DNA from: an uncultured Candidatus Woesearchaeota archaeon
GTDB lineage: Archaea; Nanobdellota; Nanobdellia; Woesearchaeales; GW2011-AR9
Assembly (NCBI GenBank): GCA_902529885.1
Contig: CABZYC010000003.1
Coordinates: 1 to 50,083, forward strand
Reading direction: 5' to 3'
DNA: 50,083 nucleotides
The first letter of the stretch is position 1. Every line of letters begins with the position of its first letter. The notes below the pieces were generated by a model. That model did no database searches, was not told where the DNA came from, and worked only from the letters and a program-made list of their open reading frames with translations. Of this stretch, positions 10,058 through 19,735 are shown piece by piece. The translations under genes and the position numbers were made by a program.

Positions 10058-11689
10058 CTACCACGACACCATCCTGTGCGACTTTTTAAAATAATGAAAT
10101 ATGCTAAATGCTACTTTATCAGCAGCGTTCAATTTGTTTTTGGCACGCTTGCCTTTATCTAAAACAAGCGAATAATCTTTCACCTTTTCATCCAAAACAC
10201 TACTATGTTGTACAACCTCTCCGGTTGCTTCTTGTAGATACATGTATAATTCGTCGCCTAACGATTTCATACTTTCATGCACAACTTGACTTATGTTACC
10301 CACAAGTTCTAACTCTTCACGTTTTTTCAAACGAACGTATTGGTTAACTTCATCTTTGTTCCAATCATACGCACGAACTTCAATGTTCATCAAACCTGTA
10401 TGTACAGGACCACGCTGAAAATCTCTTTGACTAGTCATCTGAGGTCTTGTACGAAACTGGAACGTTACCAATACTGCGCCTGTCTTAGCAGGATGATGTC
10501 CTAAAATTTCGACGTCTAACATTGACCCTTCAAAATGTGTTAACAAGTCAGGAGTTAACTGCTGTTTACTTTTCAAAGATAAACGTTGCGCGTTACGCAA
10601 ATATGGTTTTAACCAAGCAACGTACATCTGAATAATGTCATGATGCTGTTTAAGATATTTTACTTGGAACGATCGTCTACTAATATGCTCTTTATGCGTG
10701 CGGTCACGCCAAGTATAATATTGGTTCAATTGTCTTCGTAAAACTCGTAACACTGAATCGTTAAAATCACTTTTTAAGTCCTGAACATACTGTTCAAGTT
10801 CAGTGTCACCATGCAAAGGCGGAACATCAAAAAAAAGGTCTGGCAAAGATAAAAATTCCAAATTGGACGCCATACCGTACACACTGGCAGGATTTTTACC
10901 GCCGCCCTGCACTAAATCTATAAAAAAACCTTTTAAGGTAACTTCATCTTGTTTTTTACGTTGTTTCAACGGTTTTTTGAGTTCGTCAGCAACACCACTA
11001 TAATAATCTAACCGTTCATCCAGTATACGTAATTCTCTTACAATCTGGAACAATTCTTTTGTCATTTGACCAACACTACGTTGGTACTGCGTTATTTTAT
11101 CTTGTTGTAACCCTAACCGCTGCTGAGTAACACCAAAAAAACTGCTATTCTCACTGGCTGCGAATGCATCTTCAAGTTTGTCAACAATCGGGTAAGACCT
11201 CCGCAAAGTGTCAAGCACCCAAAAGTATGGTTCTTCCAAGTTCATATCTGGTACTTCCCACACCAAATTGAAACGTGCAGAAGATTTTGGAAAACCAGAC
11301 AGAATATAATCGTCAGAAATTGAAGAGCTTATACGCTCAACCAATTCTTCATCTGCATCTCCTAAATTGTACGTTCCGCCGTTCAACGGTACATATTGTC
11401 CTTTATCATGGCCCACTAGAACTGTTTTGTTCATTAAACTGTTAATTAGTTTCAAAGCGTTAGCACCACGAACTTTTACAGAACCACTTTTTGTATGAAT
11501 TAAGGATGCACCATCTTTAACATAATGAGCATTATGCTCATTGCTAGGGCCCCTTTTAAGCCCAAACTTTTGAAAGTCAGCCGCCAACATTTTAGTTTTA
11601 ACACCGTGACAGTTATATTCTATAACGTATTTATCTTTACTGTTAGGGTTGATAAAACCGTAACGTATCAAAAGTTCACTACGTTCCAT
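10058..11689 (-). CDS. Hypothetical protein, largely helical/coiled-coil, coupled to the TIM-barrel gene
   Basis: 543-aa ORF ending 1 nt before the next start; no recognisable catalytic motif. Confidence 0.75.
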   Translation of the reverse strand: MERSELLIRYGFINPNSKDKYVIEYNCHGVKTKMLAADFQKFGLKRGPSNEHNAHYVKDGASLIHTKSGSVKVRGANALKLINSLMNKTVLVGHDKGQYVPLNGGTYNLGDADEELVERISSSISDDYILSGFPKSSARFNLVWEVPDMNLEEPYFWVLDTLRRSYPIVDKLEDAFAASENSSFFGVTQQRLGLQQDKITQYQRSVGQMTKELFQIVRELRILDERLDYYSGVADELKKPLKQRKKQDEVTLKGFFIDLVQGGGKNPASVYGMASNLEFLSLPDLFFDVPPLHGDTELEQYVQDLKSDFNDSVLRVLRRQLNQYYTWRDRTHKEHISRRSFQVKYLKQHHDIIQMYVAWLKPYLRNAQRLSLKSKQQLTPDLLTHFEGSMLDVEILGHHPAKTGAVLVTFQFRTRPQMTSQRDFQRGPVHTGLMNIEVRAYDWNKDEVNQYVRLKKREELELVGNISQVVHESMKSLGDELYMYLQEATGEVVQHSSVLDEKVKDYSLVLDKGKRAKNKLNAADKVAFSIFHYFKKSHRMVSW

Positions 11690-11725
11690 AGTAATAACGT
11701 AATATATTTACCCTTATATAGCTTG

Positions 11726-12853
11726 CTACAATAAGAATATTGAGTAAGATAATATGCCTACTAAACCAAACAAATATTTGTATCCGAAAAGCATGAAAAT
11801 AGTGATTGCAAGTAAGCGTCCGATAGAAATAAACATCTCACGAACAATAAAATATTCAATATGGTGCTCACCAACATATTTGTAATCTACTGCACCTAAA
11901 CTACTTTGACTTGCACCATGACTTAGACCTTGCATTAAAATTATTGCATAAACATGTTGTACTTGGTACACCATATGCCGTAAAAACCAAGATATACTCT
12001 CAAAAGGTATTGCGTAACGTAGCACATTGAAATAACCATACTTATCACCAACGCGCCCCATCATTACAGTCATGAAGACAGTTATAACACTTAGGACGGT
12101 TGCAACAATTCCTAACTTTACATAGCCACCAAGCACACCGTAAATTAAAAATGGCCAAAATACAGTGTTACCTATCGCCCATGCACCTTTCCAATAATAG
12201 TATGGTGCTAACCTCCAATATTCAGCAGAAACCACTCGGTCCCAATTAACATCGAAAGGTTCATGATGATCTTCGCTTAACAATAATAAAAATGCACTCC
12301 CTACCAAAATGATTGATGCAAAAAGGAAAGTGGTCATAAACCCTGAATGTTCAATAAGTATCCCACCTAGTAAAGGTCCAAACAAAGCCGGCAAAATTGT
12401 GGCTGCGTGCCGTATCCCAACTTGTTCACCCCTGTGTGATTCATCAGACACATAAAAAAATTCTAAGTGAATCCCTAACCAAAACATTGAGCGTGCCGCA
12501 CCAAATGTTGCTGCCGCAATAAAAAAAAGAAAAGTTGCAGATGGTATAAAATATAATGATAAAAAAGCGATGATGGTTAACGGGATAGAACAGATTGTAG
12601 CATGCTTCATTCCATAACGTGCAACTATCTTTCCTGCAAACGGGGAAACTAAAGCAAAAAAGATTGAAAAAATAATGTAAAATATACACATCATCTCTAT
12701 ACTATAACCTAATTCGTACACGAGGTATATTGGTGCGAAAAGTGCCACCATAGATGTTGCAAGACTTTGCAAAGCTACACTTGAATAGACCTGGTTAATC
12801 TCTCTTTCAAGTAAAACTTTCCACCACCCATGTTCCATGATACAATAATTCAA
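11726..12853 (-). CDS. MFS transporter
   Basis: About 12 hydrophobic segments; motif-A-like GKIVARYGMK and GRVGDKYG; GPLLGG. Confidence 0.85.
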   Translation of the reverse strand: MNYCIMEHGWWKVLLEREINQVYSSVALQSLATSMVALFAPIYLVYELGYSIEMMCIFYIIFSIFFALVSPFAGKIVARYGMKHATICSIPLTIIAFLSLYFIPSATFLFFIAAATFGAARSMFWLGIHLEFFYVSDESHRGEQVGIRHAATILPALFGPLLGGILIEHSGFMTTFLFASIILVGSAFLLLLSEDHHEPFDVNWDRVVSAEYWRLAPYYYWKGAWAIGNTVFWPFLIYGVLGGYVKLGIVATVLSVITVFMTVMMGRVGDKYGYFNVLRYAIPFESISWFLRHMVYQVQHVYAIILMQGLSHGASQSSLGAVDYKYVGEHHIEYFIVREMFISIGRLLAITIFMLFGYKYLFGLVGILSYSIFLL

Positions 12854-12917
12854 TTAATGGTTTATGAACCTTTCGAATCTAAACATTTATTAATTGTACA
12901 GAATCAAAAGGGATCAT

Positions 12918-12990
12918 GAGCCTGTGGTCTAGTAGCTATGACGTCCGCTTGACTTGCGGGAGATCCCCGGTGCAAATCCGGGTAGGCTCA
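12918..12990 (+). tRNA. tRNA-Val (GAC)
   Basis: Acceptor GAGCCTG/TAGGCTC, anticodon arm TCCGC-TTGACTT-GCGGG, T arm CCCGG-TGCAAAT-CCGGG, discriminator A; CCA not encoded. Confidence 0.9.
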
Positions 12991-12998
12991 TTTTGACT

Positions 12999-13448
12999 AT
13001 GTACACATTCAAGCGTAACGCATCACGATTACTTGTACCAAAAATTAGTTTTTTATCTACCACTTTGTTTACAATCTATTTTATATTACGCTCACAAATT
13101 CATTGGATTCAATTGTCAGGAAGACAAGAAAATGTGGCTAACACAATATTACTCGTAACACTATTAGTCATTTATACAATGTTTATAATAAAATGGTACC
13201 AATTAAAACGGCATAGATTACATTTTTTTCCTGAACATTTAATGTTCGGACCACAAAAGATACCGTACACAAACATTGCTAAAGTTTCAACAAAAAGGGG
13301 CATGCTAGACAAAATTTTTCAAACGTATACCTTAACTGTTAACAAAACAAAAATTAAAGGGTTAATCCGCGAACATCTTGACAGTTACCTGCACACACTC
13401 ATTGAATCAATTGAAACCAGGAAGACTGACAGTCTTGACAGTGACTAA
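12999..13448 (+). CDS. Membrane-anchored bacterial-PH-like domain protein
   Basis: Two TM helices, then IPYTNIAKV...[12 protein letters not shown]. Start reassigned to ATG 12999 because the listed start lies inside the tRNA. Confidence 0.65.
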   Translation: MYTFKRNASRLLVPKISFLSTTLFTIYFILRSQIHWIQLSGRQENVANTILLVTLLVIYTMFIIKWYQLKRHRLHFFPEHLMFGPQKIPYTNIAKVSTKRGMLDKIFQTYTLTVNKTKIKGLIREHLDSYLHTLIESIETRKTDSLDSD

Positions 13449-14897
13449 GGATTTGAATAAAGGTATTTTTAATGGTATTGCAAAACGAGTGAACGTGCTT
13501 GTAACAATAGCTTCACCTTTATCCAAGCTAGCAATAGTATTCATGTCCTTACTCAAATCTTGAGCACTACACTGTACCACTGCTGAACGTTCTGATTCCA
13601 TTTCTATCCCTAATATAATTTTAGTGTTCATGTTAGCCAACAAATGTTTTGGGATCTCTGACGGAATTTGAGTGATAGCTATTAGCCCCACACAAAACTT
13701 TCTACCTTCACGAGCAATAGTTTCGTAAACGTTACTACCCTTCTCAAGAACACGTTTACCTAACACACGAGGAGCCTCTTCTATCACTATGCTCACGGCA
13801 GCTTTAGTATCAATTACGCCTTCTCGCATATAACGTTTGTACCTACGCAACAATTCTTCTGATAATATGCTTCCAACCAACAATTCTGTTGCACCACTAA
13901 ATTGTGACGTGTCAATAATAACAGTTGCACCACGCTCAATTTCGTTGCACACATCACTCACGGTGTTATCACCCGTATTTTCAGTGAAAATGTTACGACA
14001 TAATAACTCGTTATCATTCACGTCAATGTTTAGTATGGACGACAATTTTCGTTGTACAACCTGTAACGTTTCATCACGAAAGTGACCGTCAACAGTCATA
14101 CCCAACAATAAACAGCGGACCCAATCACTTCCATACTTCCGGTAATAACTGTACAATGCTTGTTGTTGTGGGTCAGACAATGAAATAGTACCCATGAAAT
14201 GGTCTGGTTTTAACAAGCGAAGATTTAATTGAAGACGTAAAGCGCCTGGTGGTGGTGTGCTAAGTGTGTAATATGTCACTTTTTTGGCAGGATGATCTTT
14301 CAAACCATGGTTTGCACGCCCGTAATATTCGTCGTGAGGATCCAATATTAAAAAGCCTACCTGCGAACTTTCTTGAGCACCCCATAATAAGGTGTACATA
14401 AAATTGCTTTTACCTTTCCCTGTACTAGCAGCCACCAGAATGTGGTGAGTGAACATGTCTCTAGCAGGCATATACACTTCAACCGAACTGTGCATGTCCC
14501 CGTTACGTAACGTGCCCATCTTTACTGCGTCACGAGGTTTCAACAAAAATTTAAGATCTGTATCTGTAACATAACGCACAGAAGAAAAGGTAGTTGGTAA
14601 AACCTTGCATGTTCGAGGATTAGTATCAAGGATTAATAAGGGTTTTAAATAAGCCATTTGATACGTTCTTAAATGAGGGTCAATTATGTCAACCTCACTC
14701 TTATATTCCATACTAAGCCCAGCCATCATTTCCAGGTTTTGTTGAGATAATTGGCTACCGTACTGCAAGTCGTACACCTGTAACAAGTAATTCTTGTCAC
14801 CCTCAGCAACTAGTAATTGGCCTAATTCAATACGTGCATCTTTACGCACGCGTACTACCACCGTCGAAAAACTTCCGCTCACTATTTGACCTATCAT
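13407..14897 (-). CDS. herA: HerA-family helicase/translocase (HAS barrel plus ATPase)
   Basis: N-terminal barrel MIGQIV; [35 protein letters not shown]. Likely start ATG 14897. Confidence 0.9.
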   Translation of the reverse strand: MIGQIVSGSFSTVVVRVRKDARIELGQLLVAEGDKNYLLQVYDLQYGSQLSQQNLEMMAGLSMEYKSEVDIIDPHLRTYQMAYLKPLLILDTNPRTCKVLPTTFSSVRYVTDTDLKFLLKPRDAVKMGTLRNGDMHSSVEVYMPARDMFTHHILVAASTGKGKSNFMYTLLWGAQESSQVGFLILDPHDEYYGRANHGLKDHPAKKVTYYTLSTPPPGALRLQLNLRLLKPDHFMGTISLSDPQQQALYSYYRKYGSDWVRCLLLGMTVDGHFRDETLQVVQRKLSSILNIDVNDNELLCRNIFTENTGDNTVSDVCNEIERGATVIIDTSQFSGATELLVGSILSEELLRRYKRYMREGVIDTKAAVSIVIEEAPRVLGKRVLEKGSNVYETIAREGRKFCVGLIAITQIPSEIPKHLLANMNTKIILGIEMESERSAVVQCSAQDLSKDMNTIASLDKGEAIVTSTFTRFAIPLKIPLFKSLVTVKTVSLPGFN

Positions 14898-14953
14898 AAA
14901 CAAGGAGTTAGATCGCACGCTTTTATACTTAATGTTCAGCTGCCATCAAAAAG

Positions 14954-14961
14954 TTTATAAA
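14954..14961 (+). promoter_or_regulatory. Archaeal TATA box of rpl35ae (probably leaderless mRNA)
   Basis: AAAAAG-TTTATAAA ending 23 nt before the ATG. Confidence 0.7.
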
Positions 14962-14983
14962 TGGTTTAACGGCTTGAACTACT

Positions 14984-15238
14984 ATGGAAGCAACAGTAAT
15001 GCATTTTCGTCAAGGACGACACCACGTGAACCCGCACCAAATGATCTTAAAAATAGCGGATTCTCGAGAAAAAGCTGAAAAGTATGTAGGTAAAACTGTA
15101 ACCTGGAAAAGTCCGGCAGGCAAAGAGTTGAAAGGCCAAATCTCTGCGGCGCACGGTAACAGTGGTTGTGTACGCGCAATTTTTGCGGATGCAGGATTAC
15201 CTGGTCAAGCGATTGGACAGAAAGTTACTGTTCAATAA
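14984..15238 (+). CDS. rpl35ae: 50S ribosomal protein L35Ae
   Basis: VGKTVTWK...GQISAAHGNSGCVRAIF...LPGQAIG. Confidence 0.95.
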   Translation: MEATVMHFRQGRHHVNPHQMILKIADSREKAEKYVGKTVTWKSPAGKELKGQISAAHGNSGCVRAIFADAGLPGQAIGQKVTVQ

Positions 15239-16226
15239 AATAACTATTTTCTATCCCATCATTATATTCATGCACAATCATTTTTGATTCACCCGGTGTG
15301 AAACATGCCCCATCCAGTTTTTGAGCAGCTTTACCATCATACATAACACGTTCACCCGAAATACGTTCACCGTCAATGTGACCTCCATGGTCATGACCGC
15401 CAAATTGGTACGTTGAATCATGGTTTGTTACAATAAGGTTTGATCCATACTTCCCATCTTTACTTTTATGCGTTACTAAAACGTCGGTCTCACCAGACAA
15501 ACGTTGTGTCTCTTCTGCAAAATAAGTGTTTACAACATCCTTATTTTTAATTAGCCAATCCCAACCATAATTAGCAACAATTTGTATTTTAGTCATACCT
15601 TGCCACCCAATACCTGTGTCAACACCTTGGTACGCCTCCATAAAATCTTGGAACGTCTTATCACTTTCACCAGTAGTTTTACGTTTAAGTTCAAGTAATA
15701 ATTGTACTTCATATCCCCTAAATGACTGTTTAATTTGCTGCTCAGTAACATTAGCTAAATAATGATGATCCTGTTTTAACACAGAAAATATTTTGTGTGC
15801 ACGATCTTCCTGTGCACTCTCATAGGTGTTTGTTGCACCTTTAAAATTGATGCCCTTACTTGAGTATGATCCCATATTATCTAAATGGACCATATTTGTT
15901 AGATTGTTTCGTGCGGACGATATAATATCGTGGTTCCCACTAACACCAATAACCTTAACACCCTGCTCTTTTAATTCTCCAATGGCACCATTCAATTTTT
16001 GGTACTCAGAATCAATAGTCTCATAAAACGTGGTTATAGCAGCATCAACACTGTCAACCTTTTTAATTTTCCAATATGCTTTAGACACCGCACTACCATC
16101 AAACAAATGACGGTGTTCTTTAAGATAATCACCTTGTAATACAACAATGTCTGGATTATGGTCTGCCGTCTTTAAAATAGCTTCTAAATTACCGTGCGGG
16201 TCACCCAATTGAACTATCTTTATCAC
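15225..16226 (-). CDS. Calcineurin-like metallophosphoesterase with helical insert
   Basis: GDPHG, QGD, GNHD, VTH, GHDH. Confidence 0.85.
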   Translation of the reverse strand: MIKIVQLGDPHGNLEAILKTADHNPDIVVLQGDYLKEHRHLFDGSAVSKAYWKIKKVDSVDAAITTFYETIDSEYQKLNGAIGELKEQGVKVIGVSGNHDIISSARNNLTNMVHLDNMGSYSSKGINFKGATNTYESAQEDRAHKIFSVLKQDHHYLANVTEQQIKQSFRGYEVQLLLELKRKTTGESDKTFQDFMEAYQGVDTGIGWQGMTKIQIVANYGWDWLIKNKDVVNTYFAEETQRLSGETDVLVTHKSKDGKYGSNLIVTNHDSTYQFGGHDHGGHIDGERISGERVMYDGKAAQKLDGACFTPGESKMIVHEYNDGIENSYFIEQ

Positions 16227-16281
16227 TAATATAAAATAATAATCTTAATTTAAAAATATTAGTACTTAAAAGTGGTTAATT

Positions 16282-17679
16282 TTACCACTTACCGTACTGC
16301 CGATGAACATCTTTAATATTATCCCAGTCATTAGGGATTGTTTTGATTGCACTAAATCTAGTTATTAAATCAGATATTGCATCACGTAAATCAGTTAAGT
16401 TCTGTTGAATAACTGTGTTTTGGGCCCAATAGTCAGTTTTTTTAATTTCTACCATCTTTTTCACCAATTTATATTTGGCATATGTGCCACCAGTTAATGT
16501 TGCGTCCATCAATTTTGCACAATTACTAAGATATTTGTGGCCATCACCTATATGGTTTGAAGATTCACGTTGCAACTCTTTAACAAGCAATGTGTGATAC
16601 CCCTTAACATTTTTGAACAGTTTTTTTACGCGTTTACGTTCAGGCTCACTATCTTTAGACATTGGACCAAAATGAGATACATCATTGAGGTACGCACGCA
16701 AAATGTTCATTATATGCTCTGTGTTTAATTTTGCACCACGAAATTCTATTGGCACAGCTTTTTTAGTATCTTTCTCCACATCTTTAATCAATGCTTTCAA
16801 ACTGGTATGGAACTGACCCAAATTATCACGAACTAGAATTTGATCTTTCGTTTTTACTTGGTCAGACAAAATATCTGCACTATCTTTAAGTGGGCGAAGA
16901 ACAGCCTCAACATGATGTTTTAAAGAAGTGTTAGAAACAGACCTAACTTGTTGTAACATTTCATCAACATCAGATACGTAAGTATTCATAAAACTATTAA
17001 CAAGATTCCAATTTGGACGACCACGAACTGCAGCCTGTGCATTAGCTAATTTTGTGTCAAAATCTTTTAGTTCGACAACCAATGCATGCTTACCGCTTTT
17101 ATCACGGCGGTCAAGCTCGCCAACGTCCCACGTTTGTTCTTTACCAGTTGACACATAATCTTCAACTTGCGTACGAAGCGCAGTCACAACTTCACGGATT
17201 GCAGACACATGCTGCATGTCCCTATCTTTTATTACCTTACGTGTTGCAGTAGTGTGCGTTTCTCTTGATTGAGTCTCAAGATTACTCATGATAACTTCAA
17301 GCTTATCAAACATAGTACGTATTTTACCAGTATGCTTAGCCTTCTCTGCCATGATTATACGCCGGCATTCACGAAGCTTGTCAACAGCAAGAACTAAATC
17401 ATCCTTAAAACGGTCATCTTTACCACGTTTTAAATGATTCTCAGAACTCATTAATTGGCGGTCAGCCTCATGCAATGCGTCAAAGAACGGTTTTAAAACG
17501 CCGCTACGTTGGAGTTTACTTCTGTTTTCTTTAACCTCTTTTTGCCTTTCATCAAACGTTGACTGCTCACTTGCAGTAGTATCACCACGTTTTACGTATG
17601 CATAAATCTCCGTAAAAGTTACATCCATCATTGCACGAAGTTTACGGTTATCATGGATAAATTTTTGTTGATCGTTCAT
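16282..17679 (-). CDS. Soluble all-helical hypothetical protein (operon gene 8, 'E')
   Basis: 465 aa, no TM segment; ATGA overlap with the upstream gene; GGGAGG SD. Confidence 0.75.
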   Translation of the reverse strand: MNDQQKFIHDNRKLRAMMDVTFTEIYAYVKRGDTTASEQSTFDERQKEVKENRSKLQRSGVLKPFFDALHEADRQLMSSENHLKRGKDDRFKDDLVLAVDKLRECRRIIMAEKAKHTGKIRTMFDKLEVIMSNLETQSRETHTTATRKVIKDRDMQHVSAIREVVTALRTQVEDYVSTGKEQTWDVGELDRRDKSGKHALVVELKDFDTKLANAQAAVRGRPNWNLVNSFMNTYVSDVDEMLQQVRSVSNTSLKHHVEAVLRPLKDSADILSDQVKTKDQILVRDNLGQFHTSLKALIKDVEKDTKKAVPIEFRGAKLNTEHIMNILRAYLNDVSHFGPMSKDSEPERKRVKKLFKNVKGYHTLLVKELQRESSNHIGDGHKYLSNCAKLMDATLTGGTYAKYKLVKKMVEIKKTDYWAQNTVIQQNLTDLRDAISDLITRFSAIKTIPNDWDNIKDVHRQYGKW

Positions 17680-18581
17680 GGTCGCCTCCCATTTATACGA
17701 ATTAAATCATTAATCATGTTTTCATACACCTGCATCCGAGCAGCAAAATTGTTTGCCATCTCACGAGTCTCACGGTCACTACGACGTACTCTTCGGAGCT
17801 GTGTCCATGCCTGGTGAACTTCACGGTTCGCTTTACGTAAGTGAGTGTGAGCTTTCACCTTCTGGTCTGGGTCAGTCCAATTGTTAGCAGCACTCTCTGC
17901 TTGTTCTAAGTGCTCACGAGCTTTCAATAACCTACTTTCAACAAACCTGAACTTGTTAGCACGCCGTCGTTCTGCAGCAGAAGCTGATTCAGGACGGCCA
18001 GTTGAATCTTCTTCCTCACTATCAGCACTATTAAATGTGAACATACGCCAAAGATATACAACCATCAAAATTGTCGGGATTAAAATTGCCCATTCAATAA
18101 TCTCATTATAAGATGTTATAACGCCAGGCGGCATACCGCCCGTGGCCCCGGAAGTTGCTGCTTCAAAAGCAGATAGTACAGCAATTGTTACAACAGTGAT
18201 GAAAAACTTGCCAACAATATGGCCCATATTCTCATCTTCACCTTCGCCAACCTTACGTATAATTAAACCGTAGCCACCAAGAATAATGACAATGAACGAT
18301 GTTGCACCGAGTATACCAAAACCTGCAAGCATACTTATTATCACTGCGCTAGGTATACCTATTGCTACTAAAAGACTAATTGCTAAAGATAAAACAGAAG
18401 CAATACGTTTTTTACCACCAATAAAAGAGGGAGATACACTGCTAGTTAGCACACCTTGGAACAATGCAAAAAATAAAATCCAAATTAAAAAGCGGGTCAT
18501 ACCAACATAACCCACAGACGTACCTAACCAACCTAACCCAAAAAGGTTCACAAAATCTATTATTGGGCCTCCGATCGGCAT
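17676..18581 (-). CDS. Approximately 5-TM membrane protein with cytoplasmic helical tail (operon gene 7, 'D')
   Basis: Five hydrophobic helices, acidic linker, coiled-coil C-terminus; TAATG overlap; GGTGA SD. Confidence 0.8.
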   Translation of the reverse strand: MPIGGPIIDFVNLFGLGWLGTSVGYVGMTRFLIWILFFALFQGVLTSSVSPSFIGGKKRIASVLSLAISLLVAIGIPSAVIISMLAGFGILGATSFIVIILGGYGLIIRKVGEGEDENMGHIVGKFFITVVTIAVLSAFEAATSGATGGMPPGVITSYNEIIEWAILIPTILMVVYLWRMFTFNSADSEEEDSTGRPESASAAERRRANKFRFVESRLLKAREHLEQAESAANNWTDPDQKVKAHTHLRKANREVHQAWTQLRRVRRSDRETREMANNFAARMQVYENMINDLIRINGRRP

Positions 18582-19735
18582 TATATCTCACCCACTTTTT
18601 TATTAGTAGTTTTTTTCATTCTCTTACGTTCTCGATGAACTCTCTTCTCAAGTGTATGTAATTTTTTTATAATTGCTGCAGCCTGCCTATAAAAATCAGT
18701 CCAACTATCTCTACTACGTTCAAATGCATGCTTATTTCTTTCCAATAAAGTAAAAGCCTTCTGAAGTGTAGCTTCTATAGTACTCGCACCGTTTGTTTCA
18801 GAGATCGGTCTTTTTTTATCAACAAACTTCATTATTTGTTTGAACGCTTTTTCTAAAGCTTCATCACCCCTTTTAATACTCGGCACCTTTTTTGTCCGAA
18901 TTATTTTTGCTAATTTTTTATCTTCTTTAACAATTAACTTTCTTTCATTAATTAATGAAACCCATTGAGCCAATGTAAGATTAATTTGATCTTTTAAATC
19001 ACCATCAATATCATTCAAACTAGACTTCAGTTCTTTAATACGCGCGTCCATCTCTGCACGATGATGTTTATTAGCAGAGCTAATCCGATTATAATCATGA
19101 CTTTTTTTATCACCAGATTGATGATTATCCCGTTCTAACTTATTGAACTCTGAAGACCAGATATCAATTAGTTCATTCATTTTTTTAGAGTCATGCTCCG
19201 TTTTTTTAACGTCAGATAAAACACGGTTATAAGCCGTAATCATTCTTTGTTCATCACGCTTTTCTAAACGAACAATATTTTGTCCTTCTCGCTTCCATTG
19301 ACCAAGCTGGCACGCATGTTTTTCTAAACCTTTCACGTAAGCAAATAATGCGGCAGCTTCACGTTTTTTAAGGTTACCAGAAGAGAGATGAGCAGACAGT
19401 GCATGGTATAATGCTTCGAAAGCACCGTACATTTTATCACTTGAACGTTTTTCTAATTGGATCGCAGCAAGCGTACGAAGCTCAGTAGTGTAAAGCCTGT
19501 GAATATCTCTTTCCTCTTTCTTAAGATCCTGATTCTCTTTTTCTTCTGCCTTTTGCAAAGTTGGCGTAATAGGATTTTTTTTCTCATCAGGAGATGAACG
19601 AGGTTTCCTATTAGAAGAAGAAATGCTATTTCCATCATCCTCATTACTTGTTAAACTAAACACACCCAACATGAAAAAAATAAGACTTCCAAACATGCAC
19701 AATGCAGCAACCATCCCTAATGTTTCAGCTATCAT
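18581..19735 (-). CDS. Single N-terminal TM plus long coiled-coil protein (operon gene 6, 'A2', 384 aa)
   Basis: Start reassigned to ATG 19735 (ATGA overlap with upstream stop, GGGTGA SD); TM TLGMVAALCMFGSLIFFMLGVFSL. Confidence 0.8.
   Translation of the reverse strand: MIAETLGMVAALCMFGSLIFFMLGVFSLTSNEDDGNSISSSNRKPRSSPDEKKNPITPTLQKAEEKENQDLKKEERDIHRLYTTELRTLAAIQLEKRSSDKMYGAFEALYHALSAHLSSGNLKKREAAALFAYVKGLEKHACQLGQWKREGQNIVRLEKRDEQRMITAYNRVLSDVKKTEHDSKKMNELIDIWSSEFNKLERDNHQSGDKKSHDYNRISSANKHHRAEMDARIKELKSSLNDIDGDLKDQINLTLAQWVSLINERKLIVKEDKKLAKIIRTKKVPSIKRGDEALEKAFKQIMKFVDKKRPISETNGASTIEATLQKAFTLLERNKHAFERSRDSWTDFYRQAAAIIKKLHTLEKRVHRERKRMKKTTNKKVGEI

Noticed and set aside
12954-12998. N-terminal extension of the 164-aa ORF
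   Set aside because: Lies inside tRNA-Val; ATG 12999 is the plausible start.
15225-16226. Metallophosphoesterase as Mre11
   Set aside because: Motif contexts differ (DPHG rather than DxHLG), no capping domain, not next to rad50.
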